Below, one piece after another: positions 26,470-39,257 of a DNA stretch of 64,000 bases; the stretch's first letter is position 1; each line of letters begins with the position of its first letter. The stretch covers positions 15,438,001 through 15,502,000 of the forward strand of contig OX597814.1 of the NCBI GenBank assembly GCA_951406725.2, written 5' to 3'. The translations under genes and the position numbers were made by a program. Source of the stretch: Octopus vulgaris. Its lineage: Eukaryota. Under the pieces are notes generated by a model, which had not been told where the DNA came from, searched no databases, and saw nothing but the letters and a program-made list of their open reading frames with translations.

Positions 26470-28170
26470 GTTACATTAGAAGTAGAATATTCCAGAGAGA
26501 TACGCTCTATCCACTCTTTTTCTGCTTGGCACTGACACCTTTATCTGACATACTAAACAGGACTGGATGCGGATACAACTGTTATAGCAAAGCTATCGGC
26601 CACCCCTTGCATATGGATGATCTAAAACTGTACGCTACAAATGATAAACAGCTGGAAGCATTACTACAGACTGTACAGGGAATTACCAAAGAAATAAATA
26701 TGAAATTTGGCTTAGAAAATTGTGCCAAAGCAACATTGGAAAGAGAAAAACTACTTAAGTGTAACAACATCACACTAGATAAAGCAAATGAAATACGAGA
26801 ATTAGACCAAAGCCAGACGTACAAATATTTAGGAATCAATGAACTAGATACTATACAACACACACAAATGAAAGAAAAAATTTAAAAAAAAGAATACTAT
26901 AGACGAGTTAGATTAATACTGAAAACAGATCTCAATGCGCAAAACAAGATAATGAGCATCACACTCTAGCCATTCCAGTTATAAGTTACAGCTACAATAT
27001 CCTCAACTAGACACTAAATGAACTAACCAAAATAAACAGGAAAACAAGAAAAATGATGACAGGATTTAGGATGCATTACCCAAAATCTGTCATAGAAAGG
27101 TTATATATAGAACGTATAGACGGTGGTAGAGACGTTATACAGCTAGAAAACTATAATAAAATAACCATCGTAGGACTTCAAAAACACAGCTAGAAAACTA
27201 TAATAAAATAACCACCGTAGGACTTCAAAAAAACTAATACAATTAGCCACAAAACACGAACAAAATTTTTAAAAAATTGTTTTCAGTCTTTAAGGAAGAC
27301 TTATTTAATACAAATAAGAAATCATACTACCTAACAACTATGAAGAAGAAGATATAACAAAAGCTGTAAAACGAATGAAATCCAAACTAAATCTGGAACA
27401 GCAACGGACTATGATAAAACGATGGCAAGAAAAGACCCTCCATGACAAATACTGGGCTAAATTAAACGCAAAAGAAACAGACAAAGCAAAATACCAACAA
27501 TGGCTGAGAAGCTCAGGATTCAATTGAAGGATTTATAATTGCAGCTCAAGACCAAAGCCACCCCACCAGAAATTACCAAAAACATATGATGAAAAGAAAC
27601 ATAATATGTGGAGATGGACAAGAAACAATAAATCATATTGTCTCTGGCTGCCCAGTCCTGGCTAAGAAGAAATATATTCACAGACATGAACATATTATAA
27701 AGAGCAACTATATTATGGGATATGCCAATACACACAGGCAGAGAAATTAAGGCCAATAAGCCAGATACAGTTGTCAGAGATTATGAAACAAAAAACGTGC
27801 TTCCTAATTGATGTATCATTACCAACAGACGACAACGTTTCTCTAAAATAAATGGAGAAACTTTCAAAATACAAAGACGTGGAAATAGAGGTAAATCGAA
27901 TGTAGAGTCTAAAAACAGAAACAATTCCTATCATAGTAGACGCATTAGGTATGATAAAAAAATATTCAGACAAATACATAACAAAAACACCAGGACTTAC
28001 AAACACATATAACATACAGAAAATTGCACTACTAGGCACTGTACACATCCTACGCAGAACACTTTCCATACAATAACCATCAGAGCATCACAACAAATCA
28101 CAGCACATACCCAACGCACACAGAGCTGCGCTCGGTAGTGAAGTGAAAGCACGCTATAAAAATAAAACTA

Positions 28171-28222
<52 letters not shown>
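26470..28222 (+). mobile_element. 5'-truncated R4/Dong (RLE-type) non-LTR retrotransposon, pseudogenised
   Basis: RT motifs CLALTPLS, HMDDLKLYA, MKFGLENCA, YKYLGINE; RLE region ETINHIVSGCPVLAKKKYIHRH, ILWDMPIHT, NKPD, LIDVSLP, QKIALLGTVHILRRTL; (TAA)n tail 28174-28222; stops and frameshifts. Confidence 0.92.
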
Positions 28223-28246
<24 letters not shown>

Positions 28247-28514
28247 TAACTGCAAACGTAAACATACTGTATATGGAAAGAAAGAATGGTGGGAGAGGAT
28301 TGAGATAATTTTATAAGGAGTGAAAGGTGAACCCTTTTCGAAAATTTGATAAACATTGACCAAGATCTGGTGCAATATACCGGGACCCATATTATTATTG
28401 ATAATTTTAAATGCTATAGGCAGAACGATGGTGGTATTGATGAACATTGTGGATATGAAGGCGATATATATATCAACTGCGACATTTTATAAGGTGACAC
28501 ACTTTCCCTTTTAA

Positions 28515-28945
28515 TTTTTTGCATAGCCCTAATACCCCTTGCAAGTGGACTTAACAGAACAGTGTAAGGGTTTAAAATTGGCGACTAAGTCGTCTATTTT
28601 AAAACGATAATGAGCTTGAAGGACTACAACATACTGTGAAAGCATTCAGTGGTAACATCAGGATGGAATTTGGTCTTCATAAAAGTTCCAAGGCCACTTT
28701 CCAGACAGGAAACTGAAGACTCAGATTCAGTGGTGTTTGATGTTGACACAGTTATAAAAAGAACTCGAGCAGGAACAAACTTACAAATATTTCAGAATAA
28801 ATGACCATGAAAGAGAAAATCAGGAAGGGATCTTACAGGAAAGTTCGAACCGTCCTAAAATTCGAATTAAATGTTCGTAACAAGGATTTAGCTATTAATT
28901 CCTAAGCAGTTCCGGTTGTTATTTACAGTTTTCAATTTGTTGAAC
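28515..28945 (+). mobile_element. second, older R4/Dong RT fragment
   Basis: CIALIPL, AFSGNIRMEFGL, EQTYKYF, KFELN fragments parallel the 26470 element. Confidence 0.7.
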
Positions 28946-29205
28946 AAGAGCATTGTCGTTGTGAATTTTCTTTCGTTTCACCCCTTTAATTTTTCTTTGT
29001 TTACTGTTTTGTTTTTCATTTTTTTTCCAGTTGCTCTCTGTCTGTCTTACTTTTTATCTCTATCACATGACTTTGTAAATGAACAATCGGGTGTGTTTAT
29101 GACTTACCAATATATAAATATACAGTGGGTGTCTCTAGCCTAGGGTGTCAGGAAGACACTCGGTAAGAAATGGAAACATAATTTAAAGAGGATAACAACA
29201 ACAAC

Positions 29206-29276
<71 letters not shown>

Positions 29277-29278
<2 letters not shown>

Positions 29279-29832
29279 GCCCTGATGCCGTACCAGGCAG
29301 TGGCTCTCATGGCTTCTGACCTTAACTGATTGGAAGTGTAATCATGTACATTGTTTTGTCTTGGTATAAAAGATGGGCTACAGCAAATATTCTGCTCAAT
29401 ACCACAGATTTGCTCGTCAGTTGTTTGACCGTAACCAGTTGAGCATGTCCCTTAGTGGCTGACGATATGTGCATCTCTGATCACGAGCAGAAGTAGTGGG
29501 GGAGCATCATAGCCATGTGTTGAGAGGGATTCTTTGGGGTTTGAATAATTCACCTCTGGAAACATGGGTGGTTCTATCAACATCTTTAAACAACCCTTAT
29601 TCAGGGACCTTTTGAGCGGGATGGGCTACTCAGCCTGAAGAAAATTCTAACTGGGCCCCACCTGCAAGGTCATGTGCTGTTTATCTTGATATGAGATCAC
29701 CATGTCGCGCACATATGGTTGTGATGCATGTGCCTGGTGTGCCCTTATCAGACGAGTAGTCATGATGGGTATATTGGGCTTCGTATATTTTACCCCAGTG
29801 TCACTTTGATGGCATGAACTGCTCTCTCACTC
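29277..29832 (+). mobile_element. non-coding ~555-bp element inserted within (TAA)n
   Basis: Unique, higher-GC sequence bounded on both sides by pure TAA repeats; no ORF in the track; strand inferred from the neighbouring TAA-tailed elements. Confidence 0.6.
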
Positions 29833-29868
<36 letters not shown>

Positions 29869-29934
29869 TATAATAATAATAATAGCACTACCAGCATGGC
29901 TCAAAAAGAATGATACATGTGTAAAGATAGAACG

Positions 29935-30102
29935 GCTACAAGAATCAGCATTGCTTGGAGCTGCGAGCTGCAAGAATTCTTCGTAGGGTTCTTGAAGCAT
30001 GACAATTAAACAAGTATCGCCTTAGTCTGCTGGTTGTAGACAGCTGTCGCTCTCCATCATACCTAGAAAAATAGGCTGAGGGTTTTCATAAAATAATAAT
30101 AA
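29935..30102 (+). mobile_element. R4/Dong 3' end fragment
   Basis: LQESALLGA..RILRRVLEA* followed by a short UTR and TAA tail. Confidence 0.7.
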
Positions 30103-30263
30103 TGATATTGTTTTCTATTAGCTCTAACGTGAGACAATATAAAAGGCACCTTAATCAAAGGCTTATAAATATGAATTGATTGGGATATACAATTTTTTTA
30201 TGGCGTGGACAAGGGCGAAAGATGTTTGACAATAGCATGCGTGAATTCATAAAATACATAGAG

Positions 30264-30633
30264 AATACCAAACGAGTTCCCTATGAACACCGTATTTATT
30301 ACAACGAGTGGTTTGTAAACGAGTTGTAATAAATACGGTATCCATAGGGAATGAGTTTGGTATTTTATTTATTACACACGAATAAACGACCATATTTTAT
30401 CAACCCAATAACTAAATTCTTCACGTTTAGTTGTAACTTATGAATGACAAAAGTAGTGCCGTCACCGTGACCTCGGGTCATCACCATGTATTGACCAATC
30501 AGAAGCAGCGCTGTCACCGTGACCTCGAGTCATCACCATGGATTGACCAATCAGAAGCAGCGCTTGCAGTATCTGACATATGTTAGATACCAAAAATATC
30601 TCAAAGTGTTCTCACTCACATGTGTGTAATAAA
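30264..30633. mobile_element. non-autonomous DNA element (Crypton-like, tentative)
   Basis: Hairpin 30264-30364, TTTATTACACA/TGTGTAATAAA inverted ends, two 52-bp tandem units containing TTGACCAATCAGAA. Confidence 0.5.
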
Positions 30634-31550
30634 CTCAATTATTAACATGAAAGAAACAAAAGTCATGATAAGACAATTATTAAAACGAGATATCTATAAA
30701 TAGCTAGAAAATCTACTTACATCCGACTTTCCTCATCCAGCTCCCACTCTTATTTCCTTCCAGTGTTGTACATGTCTGTGAGTTCCAAAATAATTTCAAG
30801 AGCTCTTGTGTTATAGTTGGCAACGACATCTGGATCGTTGAAATATATCATTTCAAAAAGTCTACGAAATTGTGTACTAGTATCTATGTCCTTTTTAGGC
30901 CGTTTCAAAAATGACTTAGTTTTTAACATGATCCGTACTTCACCAGGAAACTGTTGCGTATTATTTAAACTTCGTGATAGAGGCGGCCGGATCATATCGA
31001 ACCCATCTTACATTTTACATCTACTGTTCGATGTAAATAAACAAGCTGTTAATGAACGGACACTGAGTGAAGGAGTGCAGATCGGTTGCGTTCCTCCGCA
31101 TGCGATTTTGGATAGGGTCAGGTGATGGCGATACTGTAGCAGTAGAGTTTATCCTCGACTGATTATAGTTTCGATGGCACTGTCATATTGGGAATTTCAG
31201 GAAGTAATCTATTATTTCCGAAAACAGTTTTGGAAAATTACCTCTTGTCCTCCGGAGAAAGTTATATAGTTGGTCTTGCTAAGTCTCAGATAAAACTGTA
31301 ACCGCTGCCTGAAACTCACCACCATATGAAGAAAGGATTAATGAACCCCGAACAACGTTGCCCGACTGGAAGAGCAGCAGAACGTCGCTTGACTCAGCAC
31401 TGTAACGCTATAAAACAGACGAGCTGTTGGAGAACGTACCACAAAAAAAAAAAAAATGACGACCAAATCTCAATTCTCGGAATCTCTGTAGATGTCATAT
31501 TCTCAGAATATGTCTGCACGTCATGAACTACAGTAAATCGAATCCTTTTC

Positions 31551-31552
<2 letters not shown>

Positions 31553-31640
<88 letters not shown>
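31553..31640. repeat. (GA)n microsatellite
   Basis: Pure GA tract. Confidence 0.98.
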
Positions 31641-31642
<2 letters not shown>

Positions 31643-32581
31643 ATGCATGCGTTCTCTGAACATATATATATAATGATATTTTGTTTTTCAGAAGGCAAGA
31701 AACTTTTTATGAGGGTATATTGCAAAGTGAAATTAGAAGAAAGGTTACTGGTTTACATTGAATAAAATATGATAAAGGAGACATGTAAAACTACAGCGCA
31801 GAAAAGATGAGGAAATTAAACCTGCAAATAGCACTGGAGTCATCGTAAAAACCACAGAAATTTTATTTAATTTTTTTTTTGCACTAAGGGCATCTGATAC
31901 TCTCTCGCAGCAAAGCTGTAAGGATTATAGGTGTATACTGATAGGCTTCCCATTCTCTCGAGCTCTATAGGAAGTAGCTCTATATACGCTTTGTTATCCA
32001 TTCGAACCCAACTCGTTTCAGAAAATGACAAGGTGAAAATTATACGGGAATTTAGTATAAAGAATAACTGCTAGAGAGCTTACAGTAATCTTGACATAAT
32101 TGCTCATGTCAGAAGTGAGTGTAGTTTTTAAAGATGATACTAAATGACTAAAATGTTTTATAGAAACCAGCTGGAAAGATAACAAATTACTGGCACAGCA
32201 GTTCAAATTAAAAAATGGCTAGAGTAATTAAAGAATGTGTCCATCATTCCTCTTATTGTTACAATTGGAGTGATGTTATACCAGCGTCTGAGTAGACATT
32301 GTTAGATAATCTATAATAGTAATAAACTTACGACTGTTCTACAGAATAGCAATGACAGAATTGTAAATAGCTTTTGCACATTCTCTTAAGTGGTATGTAA
32401 AGCTTAGAAAACTCAGGGTTGTAAGATTTGGGTTTCAATTCCTGGAGTAGGTGACGTGGTGTGTTCTTCAGCATAACATTTCACTTCACATATTTTGATG
32501 TAAGAAAAGAAATTCTCGATGTAATCCTGTAAATCTTGATAATCTTACAAGTACTTTTCATAATGCAAGCACACGCACGCA

Positions 32582-32631
<50 letters not shown>

Positions 32632-32840
32632 GAATGGACTCTAAACAGAACAGGTGGAGACATATGGAATGGAGATTCGATGAAGAGGTCATAGGACGTG
32701 TGACGAACGATTTCTAAACAAAGGGCAAAAAATAAGAAAAATGATAAATTTGAAATGAAGAAGGAATCTACTCTGTGCTTACTTGCTAAGAGAAAATGAC
32801 TATCCCGAAATGTAACAATATATATATATATATACATATG

Positions 32841-32933
<93 letters not shown>

Positions 32934-33140
32934 ACATCGGGAGGGTGGATGCAAAAGGTGGAACGAGAAAACAAAATGTGAAATAAAGGAAAAAGAAATA
33001 CAACCAAGAGTTTGAAATCACAATCAATCTAGCTGGTGTAGAATAATTTGAGATGCATGTGTGTGTATATATGTATATACAAGTGTGGGCACACGCACAC
33101 TTGATTGTGTTGCCAAATTACTTAACTATCTTTTGGGATA

Positions 33141-33305
33141 GGCGTAGGAGTGGCTGAGTAGTAAGTAGCTTGCTTACCAACCACATGGTTCCGGGTTCAG
33201 TCCCACTGCGTGGCATCTTGGGCAAGTGTCTTCTACTTTACCCTCGGGCCGATCAAAACCTTGTGAGTGGATTTGGTAGACGGAAACTAAAAGAAGCCCG
33301 TCGTA

Positions 33306-33392
<87 letters not shown>

Positions 33393-33601
33393 ATATGTTT
33401 GTGTGTCTGTGATTGTCCACCCAACATCGCTTGACAACTGATGCTGGTGTGTTTACGTCCCCGTAACATAGCAGTTCGGCAAAAAAGACCGATAGAATAA
33501 ATGCTAGACTTACAAAGAATAAATCCTGGGGGCGATTTGCTCGACTAAAGGCGGTGCTCCAGCAGGGCCACAGTCAAATGACTGAAACAAGTAAAAGAGT
33601 A
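33141..33601 (+). mobile_element. SINE family C, full length with expanded internal (TA)n
   Basis: GGCGTAGGAGTGGCTG head to GAAACAAGTAAAAGAGT tail. Confidence 0.93.
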
Positions 33602-34022
33602 ATCCCATAAAATAGCAGCATCTTTAAAGTCTAATTTTAATATCACTTGAAAAATAACATTACATCAATTGTTCATTCTCAACCGCATTTTTATTCCCAA
33701 AGCACAGTTTATTTTCTACATACCATATTTATTGACATCACATCCTCTGATTTCTTCAGTCTCTTCGTTTTTAAACAGCTTTTTTTTTTTACTTGTCATT
33801 TGGTTTTCGCTTTCCAATGTTACTATGCCTACATTCGTTGACATGAAATTATTATAGCAAATTATTATAGCAAATGTTTTAGGAAATTTAGGAAATTTAT
33901 GGATCACACACAGCAAGGATACATGATTTTATCAGAGTTGAATTTTCTCTAAAATTTGTGAAAAGTCTATGTCATTGTAACCCTATATAAAGTAAAAGAC
34001 ATCGTAATATGTGAGTGTATGA

Positions 34023-34402
34023 AGGCGGCAAGCTGGTAGAAACGTTAGCACGCCGGGCGAAATACGTAGCCGTAATTTCGTATGCCGCTACGTTCTGAGT
34101 TCAAATTCCGCCGAGGTCGACTTAACATTTCATCCTTTAGGGGGTCGATAAATTAAGTACCAGTTACGCACTGGGGTCGATATAATCGACTTAATCCGTT
34201 TGTCTGTCCTTGTTTGCCCTCTCTGTATTTAGCCCCTTGTGGGTAGTAAAGAAATAGGTATTTCGTCTGTCTTTATATTTTGAATTCAAATTCCGCCGAG
34301 GTCGACTTTGCCTTTCATCCTTTCAAGGGCGATAAATTAAGTACTAGTTGCGTACTGGTGTCGATCTAATCGACAGGCCCCTCCACCAAAATTTCGGGCC
34401 TT
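34023..34402 (+). mobile_element. SINE family B, dimeric form
   Basis: Head plus two core copies; second ends CCAAAATTTCGGGCCTTGTGCCTAGAGTAGAAAAG; same dimer at 35688-36072 (-). Confidence 0.9.
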
Positions 34403-34680
34403 GTGCCTAGAGTAGAAAAGAATATGTGTGTGTGTGTGTGTGTGCAGGAGCGCTTAGCTTAATGTATTGCATTCAGGATCGTAAGATTTGGGTTTCAATT
34501 CCTGGAGTAGGCGTTGCGTCCCTCAGCAAAACATTTAATTTTACCTCGTTCTAGTTCATTCAGCTCCCAAGAATATCGAACCAGCATCCCGTCCAACGGT
34601 GGTAGGATATATACACCACAGAATTTGGTAAAGCCAGTTTTACGGGCCTATGATTCAGGGAGGATCTTTGATCCTTTATG

Positions 34681-34778
<98 letters not shown>

Positions 34779-35268
34779 AATATATACGTATATTTTGGGA
34801 TATATACATACACATATATATGTATACAAACATAGGCACACGCACATACACATACGTTCTGCGTAAGCTGATAACGCCTTTCTATAATATAAATGCCATC
34901 ATTTTTTATTTCCCTTTATTACCCTATAAATCTTACATATGTTCGTGACTTTACTTTTGATTTTGTTGTCTAAGTTATGAATTTTCTATTTAGACTATAC
35001 CTGAACAAATGTAGTTGCCGTTATGTTCGAATTAATGTTGATCACGACTCAGTTGCCTAAGATATTGCTGTTTTCTGTCATATATCTTGCTGTATGACGT
35101 TTGAGACAATACCGTAGTTCAAAAAATAATTCTGATAATACAAAATCGCTGAGTAGTTATCATGGCAAATGAGATATATACATGAGGTTCCTTTGAAACA
35201 ATTGGGTATCGAAGCCGATTCATTGTAAGATGCTGTAACTAAATATCTTATAAACCTCTAAAATGTGC

Positions 35269-35299
<31 letters not shown>

Positions 35300-35584
35300 T
35301 GTGTGTGTGTAGTATGAATACATATCTTTCTTTTGCTCGAGTCATTGGACTACAGCCCTGCTAGAGAAGCGCCTTAAAGCTTTTAATCAAACACATTGAC
35401 CTATGTACTTATTTTTTTAAAAGCCTTGTACATACTCCATCTCTCTGTTTTGCCGAAACACTATGTTACAAGGACGTAAACAAATCAAGACCAATGGTCA
35501 AGTGGCAGTGGAATACAAATACACGCACAAAAAAAACACACACATGCACACATATATATATGTATATATATACACACACACACA

Positions 35585-36866
35585 CAGCGTGCGATGGGTA
35601 AATTGACGCCATTTTATAAGTTTAATTTAGCGTATGTGTATTGTTTGTTTTTGATTTTGTCAACTACACAATATACGTTTCTGCACAGGGCACAAGGCCC
35701 GAAATTTTGAGGGAGGGGGGCCAGTCGATTAGATCGATTCCAATACGCAACTGGTACTTAATTTATCGACCCCCGAAAGGATGAAAGGCAAAGTCGACCT
35801 CGGCGGAAATTGAACTCAGAACATAAAGACAGACGAAATACCCATTTCGTTATTGCCCACTAGGGGCTACACACAGAGGAGACAAACAAGGACAGACAAA
35901 CGGATTAAGTCGATTATATAGACCCCAGTACGTAACTGGTACTTATTTAATCGACCCCGAAAGGATGAAAGACAAAGTCGACTTTGGCGGAATTTGAACT
36001 CAGAACGTAACGGCAGACGAAATACTGCTAAGCATTTCGCCTGGCGCGCTAACATTTCTGCCAGGTCGCCGCTTTTTGACTACACAACATAGTAGGGACA
36101 GTTGGGTACCGTCTGTGAGAAGAACAGCATCATGACGCAATTCACATTGCCAGAAAATTTGAAAAGACATGCTGTACTGCTTGGCATTCGCGCCGAAAGC
36201 TCCATTACGAGCATTTCAGAGTGTTTGTATGTCAATCTGAGGCTAGTGCATGTACCGAGAGTCATAAAAATCAAACATCCAGTCAACATCATGGTGTCTC
36301 GCGTGATGACTAGTGATAGCGACGTTATGCCTCCATTCATCTTCCCACTCAGCTTCAAATTCAGCACGCAGGCCTACATCAAGTACCTGGAGGAGGTAGT
36401 GCTGCCCTGAATCAAGTGGGTCTCTGCTGGAAGACCCTATGTCTGGCAATAGGACTCTGTACCATTCCACACTAGCAGAGGAACCCACTCATGGCTGTCA
36501 GACAATTTCTGCGGCCGCATCACCCCTAACGTCTGGCCACCTAACTCTCCAGACTGCAACCTCCTTGATTATTATGTGCGGAGCCAGAGACCAACAAAAC
36601 TCCTTGTAACATTAAAGATGAACTGAAGGGAAGGATCGTAGCAGCATTAAGCAACTTCAACAAGGAGGCCGTCCAGAAGGGTTGCAGGAGATTCAGAAGT
36701 CGTCTAGAGTCCGTGGTTGAATCCAATAGGGATTTTATTGAATAAATTTACTCTCTAGTATTTCAACATTTTTTTATGTAATTTCGGTAAATACATCTGT
36801 TAAAATGAGATGTATGCTATTTTCATTTTTGCATAATTTAGATGACAATGCATTCACCGCACCCCG
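35585..36866 (+). mobile_element. decayed maT/DD37D-type Tc1/mariner transposon with nested SINE
   Basis: Imperfect TIRs CAGCGTGCGATGGGTAAATTGAC / GACAATGCATTCACCGCACCCCG-TA; fragments KHPVNIMV, VMPPFIFP, RPYVWQ*DS, WPPNSPDCNLLDY. Confidence 0.85.
35688..36072 (-). mobile_element. SINE family B dimer inside the maT element
   Basis: Reverse complement of 34023-34402; ACTACACAAYATA on both flanks resembles a TSD. Confidence 0.88.
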
Positions 36867-36964
36867 TATATATGTGCTATATAAAGAAAAACTTACCCAA
36901 GGTGCCACGCAGTTAAGCTGAACCCGGAAACACGTGGTTGAGAAGCAAACGTTTTGGCATATAT

Positions 36965-37554
36965 CTACAACTGCCTCTCTGTCCGTCTGTATATATATAT
37001 ATATCTTCTCTTTGTCTGATTGTTTTCTAATGCTTCAATCTCGCTGCCTCTTACCCATCTCTCCTCCTTCCACGTGACCGGTTTCCGGCCTGCTATGATC
37101 TTTCTTTCTTGACCTGACTGCCGACCGCCAACACCTCTTATGTCCAATTCCTATGTTCCTGCCTTTAGGCTTTCACTTCATAAACGCCAGCTCAATTTGG
37201 TTCGTTCTCAGTCGAAATACACCTCTTGTTATTTCTTGTTGTTCGTATTCGTAATTGTGGACCATGATTTTTTGTTTGTTGTTTTTTGTCTTTGTTGCCG
37301 TACACATTCGCTAGCTTTCTTACAAAGGGGTCTAATGCTCTTAGCTTAGACTTTTTTGGTGGGAGGGCAACCAGATTGAACTATCTTAAGTGTAACTGCT
37401 CGAAATGGTCGTGACTTCTGGATCTTGAGTTAGAAAAGAAAGCAACGCATGAGCCGTCTGTTTTTGCCTGTCGTTCTAATTGTTGCTTCTCTTGTCCGCC
37501 TTTGTATCGTCTATTTGTCCCAATGTTTTAATGTCCTCCATTGCTTGTTTGTTT

Positions 37555-37558
<4 letters not shown>
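36965..37558 (+). mobile_element. pyrimidine-rich PLE-type remnant with structured RNA motif
   Basis: Ends in a TA tract; 37331-37465 is homologous to 56389-56523. Confidence 0.55.
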
Positions 37559-37582
<24 letters not shown>

Positions 37583-37592
<10 letters not shown>

Positions 37593-37778
37593 TAAATTAG
37601 AGACAAAACCACTATTATGCAAATCAGACAAAGAAAGACTTAAGCCAATACATAAAATAATTTATATAATTTAACAATTATAATTGTTAAATTATATAAA
37701 TTATTTTATGTATTGGCTTAAGTCTTTCTTTGTCTGATTTGCATAATAGTGGTTTTGTCTCTAATTTAATATAATATA
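37583..37778. repeat. perfect 196-bp palindrome (no spacer) in TA-nested element 37583-37860
   Basis: Symmetric about 37680|37681; arms checked by eye. Confidence 0.97.
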
Positions 37779-38454
37779 ATATTTTACTATAAAATTGGAT
37801 TCAATCCTAAATCTGATTTTTCCCTGTAAATTTGGATTTATTCCCTAATATTTATAATATATATATATATATATATATATAATACATGACTAATTTCAGA
37901 AAATGTTGAGAAGTAATAAAGAAAAGCTCAAAGTAGAGGAGCTAACTACTCGGCGTTAAAAGAAGCAATTATGTTCTTCCTGGAAATGGTTATGACTTGC
38001 TCTTCAGGAACAAGACAATTTATATCAAATGAAAATTCTGCGGAGGCATAACTAAAATAAATCAAAGAGAAGAATTTTAAAAATGCCTTTGAGGAATCTG
38101 TGACATTGGTCATATTCTCATTTAAAAGCACTTCCGAGAATTGAGTTTTGTAGTTGTTTAAAATCAATAATTATTAATTAATTAAATGCCCTCACCATAA
38201 ACTAGTATGTTAGTGTTTGTACAAAAGCAAAGGCAGATTCTAAGGTTTATGCAGAATAGAAACGCTTAGCTGTGATGTGCATAGATATAATCTTGTTACC
38301 AGTTCAAGTACGCTTGGAGGCATATTGGAACCCGCAGGAAGATAATTCACTCAGGTAAAAATATTTCTAGCAGTAGATAGAATACATTTCTTTCTGTATA
38401 CAGATATTGAAAATTTGGAGGTGATTTTAATAAAGTAAGTTTCGTAAGATATAT

Positions 38455-38677
38455 ATTTCTTTACTACCCACAAGGGGCTAAACACAGGAGACAAACCAGG
38501 ACAGACAGACAGATTAAGTCGATTATATCGACCCCAGTGCGTAACTGGTACTTATTTAATCGACCCCGAAATGATGAAAGGTAAAGTCGACCTCGGCGGA
38601 ATTTGAACTCAGACGGCAGACGAAATACGGATACGCATTTCGACCGGCGTGCTAACGTTTCTGCCAGCTCGCCGCCT
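38455..38677 (-). mobile_element. SINE family B
   Basis: Reverse-complement copy; older copies at ~39385-39590 and ~39680-39885 (-). Confidence 0.9.
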
Positions 38678-38860
38678 TATATTGACGAATATAATTTTGC
38701 ATATATTTCACAATCTTAAGTAGTTTCTTGTTTTCTTTCTTCTTTGTTTTGTTGCTGGCGTGTCAGACACAAAATGTAGCAGTATTTCTTCCGCCTTTTT
38801 ATGTTCTGAGTTCAAATTCCGCCTGCCATCCTTGACTTGTCCAATAAATACCAGTCATGT

Positions 38861-39257
38861 TAGTTAGTTGGTGTTCATGTAAAGAGTTCAGGCCACTTGA
38901 GGTCCAGGGAGGCTTTGAACAAAGCGGTCGTCGGCATCTTCACCATCTCGTCTGGCAGCTTGTTCCACGGATCCGCAACCCGGACGGAGAAAGCTCCTCT
39001 CCTTCGATTGAGATGAAATCGTCGCAGGTAGAGTTTTTCGGAATGACCCCGCAGCCGACGCTCTGGAGCAGGAGTGAAGAACAGCTCTTTCGAGAGGTTA
39101 CACTTTCCGCTTATAATGTTGTGGGCGAGAATGAGATCACCACGGCGGCGGCGTTTTTCAAGAGAATAAAGGTCGAGCGTCCTCAGCCTTTCTTCGTAGG
39201 ACAAATTTTTGAGACCATGAACCATGCGGGTAGCCAGCTTCTGGACTCTTTCGAGAT
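38861..39257 (-). mobile_element. 5'-truncated CR1 LINE 3' end with open frame
   Basis: HLERVQKLATRMVHGLKNLSYEERLRTLDLYSLEKRRRRGDLI..LRGHSEKL..FSVRVADPWNKLP; short AACT-repeat tail; 7-bp TSD GTCATGT at 38854-38860 and 39258-39264; inserted in a decayed family B SINE. Confidence 0.93.

Noticed and set aside
30750-30995. 81-aa minus-strand ORF with ordinary composition
   Set aside because: No recognisable domain; it stops just before a donor site, so at best a uORF.
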